Positions 50,811 to 62,111 of a stretch of DNA of 64,000 nt are shown here, one piece after another (the stretch's first letter is position 1; each line of letters opens with the position of its first letter). The notes under the pieces are model-generated. The model was not told where the DNA came from, did not search any database, and was given only the letters and a program-made list of their open reading frames with translations. Source of the stretch: Octopus vulgaris (lineage: Eukaryota); contig OX597817.1 of the NCBI GenBank assembly GCA_951406725.2, positions 110,980,001-111,044,000 on the forward strand, in the 5' to 3' direction. A program made the position numbers and the translations under genes.

Positions 50811-52262
50811 TTCATTTCAGTTTGTATGGAGATTTTTCTCTCTTTGCCTAGAAATATTATTCTAAGATTTTGATGATTGCTATTTTGAATTGATAATTCA
50901 GACCATGCTATGTTATTGTTTAACCCTAGGTTAGCCCCAGTCAAACAGATTTATAATCAAAGGTGTTCTAGCCATGCCCATTCTGTCCTTTTATGTATAT
51001 TGCCTAATGTATCCTTTTTCTTTTTTTCTAAATTTTTATTTAATATTCAGTATTGTCTTAGAACAGATCATAATGATTTGAGATTTAAGCAGTAAGAGAA
51101 AAGCAGTGAAGGAGTTTATGATATTGTGGTGGAAGTGTTAAGGAATTTTTGTCGTTGTTTTGTTGTTGTCTTGAGTGCTTTGTTTATAGGTGTAGAAGTA
51201 ATTAATAATGTTGACCTGAAAAAATGTTGCTAATGCTTGGCTAGACACAAACTTTCCTTTCTCCTGTTTCTATTTTTAGACAGTGGATATGTGATGCTTA
51301 ACTCTATGAAGGCCAGGTCTATTTTATTCAGTCATTTCTTGGCCTACCTTTATTCCAGTTATACATTACGAGCATTTCAAGCCTTTTTTTTTTTTTAATC
51401 ATCTAACATATTCTATCCATTAATCTCTTAAATGTCCAGATTAATGTTGCATTTTATATTGCACACCTAATTCATAAAATCTATTGACTTGAGTTTAACC
51501 CTTAGTAAACAATTGAATTGAGGAAATTTATGTTGTGTCAGTAAAAAGTTACACAAATGAATTCAAACATTGGAATAAATCTTATGTTGTGAAAATGAAG
51601 AGAAGTTTAACTTTTCTGGTCAAACACTTTGCTACATGGAGAAGTGGGGGGAGAGAGAGACATTAGATTTTGTCTTCCACATGGTATAAAATTTATTCCG
51701 CCATTTACACTATTTGTATCATTTAAACTTACTTCAGTTAGTGTTAATTAGCATATTTTAAGCATTAAAATAAAAAAAAGACACAACAAATAGCTGGAAA
51801 TAAATACTTCTGTGGAAAATACAAAATGAATTATTGTCTATTGTCTATACCACCACTTCTATAGTTTCCTTACTTGCAAGGATATATATAAGGTGTAATG
51901 TAGGTAGGAGCAGTTGTGATTCTCAAGTCCTCTGCATAGCTTCCTATTATATTGAGGTATTGTGTAGTTAGACATGGTCTTCATGAATCACCATTGGATG
52001 AATATGAGTTTGCAAAGTACAAGAGGCAACTAGTGGTGGTGGTGGTGGTAGAAGAAGAAGAAGAAAAATCTCTTATCTCAGACTCTAGTTATTTTACTGT
52101 CATTACCTTCACTTTCAGCTGTAATAATATTGTTTAGAGTGCAGAGTACATCTGCTACACCCAGAAAAAATTTTCAGAATGATCCATAGTTTTTCCATTT
52201 TGAGTTTCCATATCGCTATTTGTTCACCCATTGTTTAGAGTTCTTAGACCTGAAAACTCCTC

Positions 52263-52496
52263 TTAAACCTTTGTCTATTCTGTGTATCACACATTTTCTT
52301 GGCACTAATGCATCATACTGTATATGATATATATATACTGTAAATATTTTTCAACCAACAGAGTAATTTGGAACTTATGAAAGCAGAGCTTTGTATGGCT
52401 CAGAACATATGAAACAAGGGTTAACTAAAAGTCTGAAAACAAACACGAATGTTTAGGACAAATTTATGAAAACGCCTTAGACAGGCAAAGGGTTAA
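52263..52496. mobile_element. piggyBac-like MITE, family D3
   Basis: TTAA-ACCTTTGTCTATT ... GACAGGCAAAGGG-TTAA (13/17 inverted match). 234 bp. Confidence 0.65.
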
Positions 52497-53141
52497 TTAT
52501 CATCTCTGATATAGATGTCACACAGTCTACTTTTGAACAAAATAAAGAAACACTTGATTTTCCTTTGTTTCATAGTCTAGCCATTACTAATCTCATTGCT
52601 AAAATTTATGGAGCTTCATTTAATTTCCAGTAAACCATCCACAGAACATAGATGATTTGTCCAGCGTTGCTAACTTATCATCAATTGGCCTAAGGTTTAT
52701 TTTACATTAATTAGCAACAAATATTAACTCGTATCATTTAATTAATGCAATGCTACAGCACCAGCCTTGCATCAGTAATGAGTAATTCTTTGTAGTGATA
52801 GTTTTCTAATAATAATGGAGCAAATAATAAGGAATGAACTCTAACCACTGTAGAACTACTGTTCCTTTTCAACTTGTGCTGGTGTGTGACCTAAAGAGGG
52901 AGCTTGTATATGGTTGCTTGATTTGCTGGAAACTAGTCTCCATCAAATCTTACCCTACCATCTTTAAAAAGAAAGGAAACATTGGCCATTGTTGTAGTCC
53001 CTGGCATATAAAAACATAAAAAGATGGGTTGTTCAAGACTGAAAACCCTTTGATCATTGGTTAGCTCAATCAGACTAACAACAATGTCAGTGTAATTTCC
53101 TGAGAGAACTAAAATGATCTTTATGTATCTATTTCTAATTG

Positions 53142-53185
53142 AGTGTGTGTGTGTGTGTGTGTGTGTGCGCGTGCACGAACACACT

Positions 53186-53234
<49 letters not shown>
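53142..53234. repeat. inverted (TG)n/(CA)n microsatellite hairpin
   Basis: (TG)n-gcgcgt, short loop, acgcgcgcg-(CA)n. Confidence 0.9.
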
Positions 53235-53236
<2 letters not shown>

Positions 53237-53485
53237 GTAAGTTTCAGACTATTTCACATATTAAAATATGTACTACACTCTACATAAGCACCATGTAAAA
53301 TTGTTGAATGTATATGCATCAGATCTCCTCTGAGTTAACTTGGGATCCCTTGACAACAAGGTTTCTTCAGCTTGCTGAATTGCTAGTGGGGTACCCTTTG
53401 TTGAGTAATTACTACTTCCGAGGTTCTGCTAGCTAGGAAACATTTATAGCATGGATTTTACCTGCTCCATCCCCTAAATTTGTGC

Positions 53486-53523
<38 letters not shown>

Positions 53524-53867
53524 ATCAGTTCAGTTACACAGATTTATTATTCTCATCTTATACTCTGCACAAATTTATATATTCATAGCCTATTCATAAT
53601 CTCCAGCTTCTAATTGTAAGCCAACTTTCAAATTTTCTTGGTTGTAACTGTATCAAAGATTTATAGCTCATCACAAGTAATTCAGTTTAACATAAAATTT
53701 TGTTTTAATAAGTAACTTGGCAAATTGGCAAATTAAATTAACATAAAATCATACAATTGCTGCTGGTGTATTGATATTTCTCTGTTCTTGCTTTGACTAA
53801 ATAATATATTACCAAGTCTCATTATGCAATAATGCGCCATGTGCAAATGACATCACACTGACTTTAG

Positions 53868-53882
53868 ATTTATACAAACAGA
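53868..53882 (+). CDS. candidate 15-nt microexon
   Basis: ctgactttag|ATTTATACAAACAGA|gtaagt. Three TGC motifs within 45 nt upstream, frame-preserving, no stop in any frame. Confidence 0.33.
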
Positions 53883-56831
53883 GTAAGTAGCTCTGTATAT
53901 TGATATGAACCTGCTCTAGACAATAGATTTATTAATAGTAGTTGTACAGTGTGCTGTCTGCAGAAAATATTTTTCCCCACTTCCCATCTTTTCCTATTGT
54001 GCAATAAGCAGTGAGTTTGCAGAATCATTATAAAATTGGATTCCATGCATTATGTTTATTCATTCTGTATTACTGCAGTGCCTTTATGAGTTCAAAATCT
54101 ATGAAGGTCAACTTTGCCTTTCATCCTTTTGGTCTTGATAAATAAATTACCAGTCCATCACAGTGTTTCTCACTTTCTTTCTGGAATATAGAGGCCATGC
54201 TCAAACTGGGAAAGGAATGGGCTTCACCAGGTATAAAATATCCCAAGTCATGCTATTTGTCATGACAGTATTCCTATGATTCTACCAGGAGTCAAGCTTC
54301 ATCCCACTATTTTGCAATTTGATTGTAGTTGATACTTCACCTCTCTTATCTTAGAAACTAATGATGGAATATCCACATGACCAATCAATCTGCTAAAAAT
54401 AACAATCATATCAGCCATTAGACCACAACCAACCTTTTTTATTATATAAAATGACTCATTGGATAATGTAGTCAAGGGTCACATTAATCATGAAAGGGAG
54501 ATGAGAATGTCTTGTCTGGAATGTTTTTCATTTTAGATCTGCTTGATTCAGGCTGACCTGGAACCTGAAGCTGAACAACAAAGAAAAGGAAAAGCATTTA
54601 TTCCATATTTAGACTGAACTAACAGCATTACATTCAAGTTTCTGTTTTCGTGTGGCTCCCATGAATTATACTTTAGAAAAGAAAGACATACTTGAGAATA
54701 TAGTTCTTGACATATACTATATCTGAAAAAAAGACGAAAAAAGACTTGATAGTATGATGGAAAAACCTTCATTCATAGTTCTGCTTGATTAGACCTATTA
54801 CTGAACAACAACTCATATTTTGAACAGTTTCTTGAAAAATTACCGTATAAGATGGGATGAACACATTTGATCATAGATCTGCTGGGTCAGGACCTGGAGC
54901 TAAAGAATGAAAGATACATTTTAGATAATGTAGTCTATCTGTCTGTTTGTCTGACTCTCTGTCTCCCCTCTCCTTCCTCTCTCACATATATATAATTTCT
55001 AATTCATTATTTCTGAGAGACGGTTAATGTAAAAGGTGGTGTGAAGGATAAGTTAGTTCCATTTTCTTATTTCAGAGAAGTGTAAGAAATTGGTGTAAGA
55101 AGTGATGTAAGGTATAAGTTTCTTAGAAAAGTGTGATAAGCTAGTGAGAGAAAGGGTTGGCAGTGATTTGGTTACATTTACAAATAGATTTACATCAACT
55201 CCATTATAAGGGTTAATCATCAATTGATAGTGTGCATTAATATGCTGATCACAATATATGTTATATATCATTTTTTTGTGTGATGACAGGGTGACATTTT
55301 TTATTAAAAAATTGAAAAATCTAATTTAAGTATTATAATTATGAAAATAATTATACATTATTATCACAAAGTAAAAATTTAACAAATTATATACATTTTA
55401 TAAATTATTAAATAATTGTTATCAAAATAAAAAAGAAAAGTACAGACCAAATAACAGAAAAAAATAGAATTATTCTTGTAACAAGTCCTTCTTGCCATAT
55501 GTTCATACCATTTCTCTTTCCTTCCTAAATGCCTACTTATGCTTAGTGGAACACTGCAAACTTGATTTAAGTAACCGATTCAGTGTTTGTTGACTAAGAA
55601 TAATAATTCTGAAGAAAGATAGAGATAGCCTTAAATTTTTACCTATTTAGAATGGTAATTATTAATTTGTTGGATATGGCTTGAATAGATCCCTTACAAA
55701 GATTATTATGGTTCTAAATACTGAATCTTTTTCGAAATGGTTAGGGTTTTTTTTCTTTTGATTAAGCTGACCTATGATTAAAAGTGTTCCATTTGTAACA
55801 TTCTAATGTGTATATAAATAAAACAAATCTTTGTCTTTTTTGACAAAGTGGGGGCAAGAAATAAGAAAAAGAAAATAAAGCAGGTACATTCTATCAGACA
55901 AGCTTTCACAGTTTCTGTGTACTCAGTTTCACTAACAAGGCTTAAGTTAACCTTAGACTATGGTAAAAGACACCTATCCAAAATAATGCTGTGGAGTTGA
56001 GCTTGGAACTTTGTAAAGTGAGTTTCTAAATTATTTGACCAGTAATATGGTATTATAATTTGAGAGAGATTTGACTGCAATTTTTGGCATGTTACTTGAT
56101 TACATAGATTCTATCACTGCTTCAAGTTTTTTTTTGTTTATCATTTTGTGTATTGCTGGAAGTTTTTTTTTTGTCATGTCACAAATTATATTTGTTTAGA
56201 TATAAATCTGAACTTTCTGCTTAAAAGCTGGAATTTATATGAAAGCCATGTTTTATTCTTGTTTTCAATGATTAATTTATAAAGGGGAGAGCAAGGTGGG
56301 TCACTGCTTTATAAGTTTTTGCATTCCCCACTTCTTATGGTGGGGCTGATATAGCTGATGTTCAGCTTAGATCAATGTACCTCAGTGTCAATAGGAAAAT
56401 GTGGGCAGAGAGGATTCTGATTACATGTCCAACTTTGTAAATGTCTAACTTTTTTTCCTGCACAGTTTTCATGGATGGATACCCTACATATCAACAATCT
56501 TTTTACAGTGCTGGCTGGGCACATTATATCTAACTATAGAGGTTCCCTTGCTAAGCTCTTGATGAAGAGCTTAAACTTATTTTATGGCCAAATTTTATGT
56601 CTCATTATACAGAAGTTTAAGCTGGTGGGCGGTCAACATATCATACATATATTTATAGTCTGTCCTGACCTAAATACATTTTATTGTTATTTCATACATT
56701 TTAAAAGACTTGTCAGCAAAAGATTGAATATTGTTTAATCAGATTTTTATTAACTTTTAGTGTTGTTCCTTTACTGTTAGTCAGTTTTCCACACTATTTG
56801 AGCAACATATCAATCAGTATATTCTTTGATA

Positions 56832-57765
56832 ATTTCCAAGCAATATTTTTGTACACGTTTGGGGCCGGCCAGATTAGAGCAGTTTCGAGGGTAACCGGTT
56901 GAAACTGCAAAGACGATCTGGTACTCAACTGAAGATTGAAAGCTCCGAATGACTTGTCCTTGTTTTTTTCCTGTCCTTTATTGTATCGTCTAACTGTCCG
57001 AATGTTTTGTTGTCGCCTGTTGTTCTTGTTCCATTTTTTTGTTTTGTTTTTTTTAAATATACATATTGCGGCATACGTACACTTTTGGTCTCCTGTATGT
57101 AAGTACATATATATATATATATATCAAAATTCTGTACGAGTCTTTAACTCTTTCCTGTAGCCTCCTTCACATTTTCTTCATTCCGTTCACTCTTCTTTTT
57201 CTCATTCCCATCCTCTCTCATATTTCTTGGCTTTCCTTTCATTCTCATCACTTTCCCTCCTCCTTTACCACACTCTGTCCCTTTCCTTTTTTTCTCTCTT
57301 TTTCGTCCCTCCTTAATTCTTCAATCCTTCTACTCCTACCTCTCTCCTCTCCTTCCATGCAACTGTTGTTGGGTTAAGCCTAACCTTTCTTTCTTGGTTC
57401 AACTACCATCTGCGTAGCATCTCTTATATTCTTTCCCATGATTTTCACCTTCTATGTTCCTGCCGTAAGGCTTCATTTCCACACACACCAGCTTAATTCA
57501 ATTCATCCTTAGTCGAAAGACACCTGTTGTTAATGTCCTGTTGTTTGTTTTTTTAATTGCATACCATTTCTCTGGGGTTTCTTTTTTTGTCCTTGTTTTC
57601 ATATACATTAACTTGCTTTCTTCCAAAGAATCTAGTACTCTTAGCTTAGATTTTCTTGGGACCAGCCAGATTAGAGCAGTCTCGAGAGTAACTGGCTGAA
57701 ATGGCAAAGATGATTTGGTACTTGACTGAAGGTTGAAAACTCTGAGTGACCTGTCCTTGTTTTTG
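56832..57765. repeat. two direct copies (56860-56965 and 57655-57765) of a structured repeat around a pyrimidine-rich spacer
   Basis: gccagattagagcagt.tcgag.gtaac.gg.tgaaa..gcaaaga.gat.tggtact..actgaag.ttgaaa.ctc.ga.tgac.tgtccttgttttt occurs in both. Confidence 0.8.
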
Positions 57766-57930
57766 ATTTGGCTTGGTTTCTCCGCCAACCACTCTGAGAG
57801 TGTAATGGGTGCTTTTATATGCCACTGGTATCTGCCATGACTGCAATTTTACTTGACTTGATGGGTCTTTTTCTCAAGCATGACATGTCAAAGGTCTTGG
57901 TCACTGCCTCTGTGATGCCAAACACTTGAA
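57765..57930 (-). mobile_element. RTE 3' fragment
   Basis: gccaaccactctgagagtgtaatgggtgctttt...ttctcaagca...caaaggtcttggtcact is the reverse complement of 44460-44640. Confidence 0.75.
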
Positions 57931-58582
57931 ATGAGCTTTTTCAGATTTTCAATACTCTTTAAATATTGCCATGTTTCACCAGAAGCTATGCTACATCTAA
58001 CTCAGTGGAGTTCATTTTAACTAAATTTTAGAGAGAGAGAGAGAGAATTTTAATCCTAAGCTTCCAAGCAATCAAAAGCAGGTTTTCACCACAATCACTG
58101 GAACATTTTCATCCATAAATTATATTTGTTTTATTTTGTAGACATCTTCTTCTGCGTCATTGGACTAAAAATTCCATCATCTTTGTTAATTTTTTTTTCT
58201 TATTTGTTAAAATATTTCCTTAAATACTTCTTGACATTGAGTCATATTCTTTTAGTATTATTTTCAATGGGAAATAGTTTGATAGCACTTTACTGAATCA
58301 GAATGAATTTACCTAATCATATGTCAGTAAACCTATAATTATTATTCTTCCTTGTCATAATAACTATTTTCTTGAGTACTCTCAGTTTTCCCAGCTGATG
58401 GAATATCTTTACAAAATGAGGTAAATATCTTAATCATTGTTAGCTTATTAAATAGAAATTATTCATAATTCTCAGTAGATATGAAGGAAATAACGAAGTG
58501 TCAGCTAAGATGATTTGTTATTTCAGCTTCAGAAGCTCACTATTCTAAGTTCAACTTCTGCTTGAGTGGCTTGCTTTTATCC

Positions 58583-58790
58583 TGTTGTTGCTTGGTCTAA
58601 GGTCAGCCTTGGTAAATCAAACCTATGATCAAAGGCGTTGCAGCCATAACCATCCTACGTTTTTTTGCAACGATTGAATATCTAGGACTACATTATCCAA
58701 TATCTTTTCATTTGCAAGATGGTAGTGTGTAATTTAGTGGAGTTATTTCTAGCATGTTGAGCAGTCACATAAATGATTTCTCATTGGCTT
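58583..58790 (-). mobile_element. family E copy
   Basis: gttgttg...ggtcagcc...acctatgatcaaaggc...ccatcc...tctaggactacattatccaa...atttctagca...ctcattggct. Confidence 0.8.
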
Positions 58791-60343
58791 GTTGCCTTTC
58801 ATCTGCTTTAGGTTGGGCAATATAGTTATTGAGTCTTTGGAGTTAATTTGCTTTATCCTCTCCTCTTATGAAGAATTAAATAAGTCCCAAAATTAGTAGT
58901 AAATAGTGTTAGCAAAAATCACTTTATAAAGTTCACAAATTTCAATAGGTTTTTATGCTAAGGGGAAATTTGTGTTATTTCAGTCAAAGTTCTTCATACT
59001 TATTTTCTTTGAAGAAGAGTTGTGCTTAAAATATTAACACTCACACATCACACCACGGCTTACAAACTTAATCAAATTTACAAACTTTGCAAGGAACTAT
59101 CTTTTTGCTTAAAGAAGTTTTTTTTTTCTGTTATTTTTGTTCCTTTGTTCACTAATCAGTTGTTGAAAACAAACCTTAAACAATAAAGTATACACATTTA
59201 TTATTAACTTCCTGTAAGATACAGTACAACACAAAACTGCAACAACAATCAGCTTGTTCTAAAATGCATGATGTCACACACACATACTAACCTTTTTCAC
59301 ATTCATTTTGAAGAAAGTGAGGAACTCTCTACTGTAAAGGGGAAAACTCTAATCCTTTAATCTTAGCTTATGTCAGAAATGCTTGTGATTTCTCATGTGG
59401 CAATAAAAAGAAGCTATTGTGGCTAAATGGTGTTACAGTAAATATGTAGCTATATGTTGGTGGTAAGAGCTGGTAGAAGACATTTATTTGCCTTTGGTGT
59501 GTCAGGATAATCTGGAGGTGTGTGAGGTGCCCCAAGTAATTATTTTTGAAGTTGGCCCACCTACTATTTTGTAGGGCTTTTCTTGTTCTTATACTGTTAT
59601 GGCTATTTCTTTATTATCTATGTAAGGATATGTTCTTTATTGTTTTGTTGACCTTGCCCTTTTACTCAATGTAACCCCATCTCCTCCACTGTTTCTTGTT
59701 TGCCTTTGTATTTCACCTTTGTACTATCCCCAGTGTCTTGAGCTCTACTGGTGAATAAAAGAAAACATCATCATTATCATCACCACCACTGCCACCATCA
59801 ACATGAACATAACCACAACTACCACTACCACCACTCATTATTATTGTTGTTGTTGCAGACTGTGAGTGACACAATAGCAGACACATCACTCAGACAATTG
59901 ACCTTTCCTTTGCACTTTGACTTAGGAACAAATTCATCAAGTAGTCTACAAAATTTATGAATTTCTTTGAATGCTTGATTATAGGAAAGAGAAAATAAAA
60001 GAGAGAAAAGAAAAACAGAAAAAGACAATAGCCATGAGTTTTAGAAGTTTTGGGTGAATCATTTGAAGGACTACTGAAATAGAACTTTGAATGATAAAAT
60101 GAGAATCCCTTTGCTCGTCACAGTTATTATGGTATTTAATAGGATTGATTTGAATCTCTATTCTTTATGTATAATATCTATTCCCTATATACAATATCCA
60201 TTATTTTCAAATCTCTTCTTCAGTGCTGGTATGGATTGGGTAGATTTACAGCATAATACCATTGTGTGCTTCAGACCTGAATCATCTCATCTGTAAAACC
60301 AAATGTTTTTAGGCCTAACCTATAATTTGCTGTTGTTATTATT

Positions 60344-61660
60344 GAGCTGGCAGAATTGTTAGCACACAGGACGAAATATTTAACAGCATTTTACCCGTCG
60401 CTGTGTTCTGAGTTCAAATTATGCCAAGGCTGACTTTGCCTTTCATCCTTTCGGGGCCAATAAATTAAGTACCAGTGAAACACTGGGGGTGTCAATTTAA
60501 TCGACAAGTCTCCTGCCCCAAAATTTCAGGCCTCGTGCTTTTAGCAGAAAGGATTATTATTAGAGGTAGGTAGATTGCAGGATCAGTAGAGCCGGGAACA
60601 AAATGTATTGCAGGAATTTGTTATATCTATATTCAGAATTCAAATCCTACCAGAGTAAGCTTTGTTTCTCATACCGTAAATCCTTGAGTATAAATAATCT
60701 GCATTTTTTTCAAAAAATTTAAAGGCCAAAATCCCTAGTGCGTACTATACACGAGGTTAAAAATGAAAATTATTTTCTAAGCAATGTCCACGTCTCTATT
60801 TGCTGTCCGGCAATGTTTATTCAGGTGCAAAAATATCTTAAGCTAAGCCTGAAAGCAATGAAGTCATAAAAGAATCATTCATAACTTGCAGCAAGCAACA
60901 TTTATTAAACGTTATTACTGTTATTTCTTTATTTTCTGCAAACAAAATGCACACAAAAGCTACACATTTGCATTATGTAATAAAGGACATTACCGTATAC
61001 ATTTTTATAAACCAAGGATGTTATATAGACCTCCTTGACTCAAGTTAGAGAAAGGGTGCATATTATACACAAGGTTTAGGTTTTTCAGAGGTATAGTCCC
61101 CTAAAAATCCCCTGCGTATTATGCTCAAGGGTGGACTATACTTGAAGATTTATGGTACTTCTAGGATCAGTAAAATAAGTAAAGTAAATTACTAGTGTGA
61201 ATTAACTCAACAACTCTGTTCCTGTTATAGAAATCACTTGGCTGAGTTGTTAGAGGGTCAGACAAAAATATCTTGCAGCATTTATTCTGATTATTTACAT
61301 CTTGAGATCAAATCCAGCTGAGGCAAATTTTACCTTTCATCTCTCTGCACTCAATGAAATAAAGAAATCAAATAAGTATTGAAATTGACATAATCAACTA
61401 ATTGACTTCACTCAAATTTGCTGGCCTTATGCCTAAATCAGAAGCATTATTATTAAGGTGATAGATGGTAGAATCAAGCAATGCCAGACTTTGCCAATTA
61501 CATCCCATTATGTTCTCGGTTCATATTCTCTTGGGATTGTCTTTAGCAGCCATCCTTTGAAAGTGGTTAAAATAAGCACCAGTGAAGTACATGATGATTT
61601 AATCAACTACATCCTCCCAAAAAACTTGTGGCCTTATACTGATTTTATAAATCACTTATT
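60344..61660 (+). mobile_element. tandem array of about four family F SINEs
   Basis: F heads at ~60344, 60563, 61240 and 61456. Two of them start directly after the previous copy's (ATT)n tail. Confidence 0.8.
60674..61155. mobile_element. non-autonomous Tc1/pogo-superfamily element (TA-CCGTA termini) nested in an F SINE
   Basis: ta-ccgtaaatccttgagtata / tatacttgaagatttatgg-ta TIRs. Host SINE reads ctttgtttctca[TA]cttctaggatcagtaaaataagta across the insertion. Confidence 0.85.
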
Positions 61661-62051
61661 ATTAAACACATGGTGTCCCCTAGTTGGTACAAGGGAAATA
61701 ATCATTTCTTCATATTTGGTGGGATTAGAAGTTTGTTTACAAATATTTTTCTTTGCATACATTAATTTTAGTTACATATATTAAAATAGTAAATTTTAGA
61801 ATTCCATTCATATAGTTTCTGTTTCCTTGTTGCTTGCTTTCATTAATAAAAAACACAGGTCATTGTTGCTGTTTAGCTTTAGGTGGGTGAACATTGCGTG
61901 TAGACCTATAATCAAATCATTCCAGGCAAAAGTGTTCCTTGTACTAAATTTTACCTATGACAATTTTATCTCAGGGTCTTCCAAAATTATTATAGTACAA
62001 AACTCCTGCTAAGACTATTGGCTCCTTTGGTTATTAAGGCTTTTCTCTCTG

Positions 62052-62054
<3 letters not shown>

Positions 62055-62108
<54 letters not shown>
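62055..62108. repeat. (CT)n microsatellite
   Basis: Perfect CT run. Confidence 0.95.

Positions 62109-62111
<3 letters not shown>

Noticed and set aside
59751-59960. His-rich ORF
   Set aside because: Translation of a degenerate (CAT/CAC)n repeat after an AATAAA-ending repeat tail.
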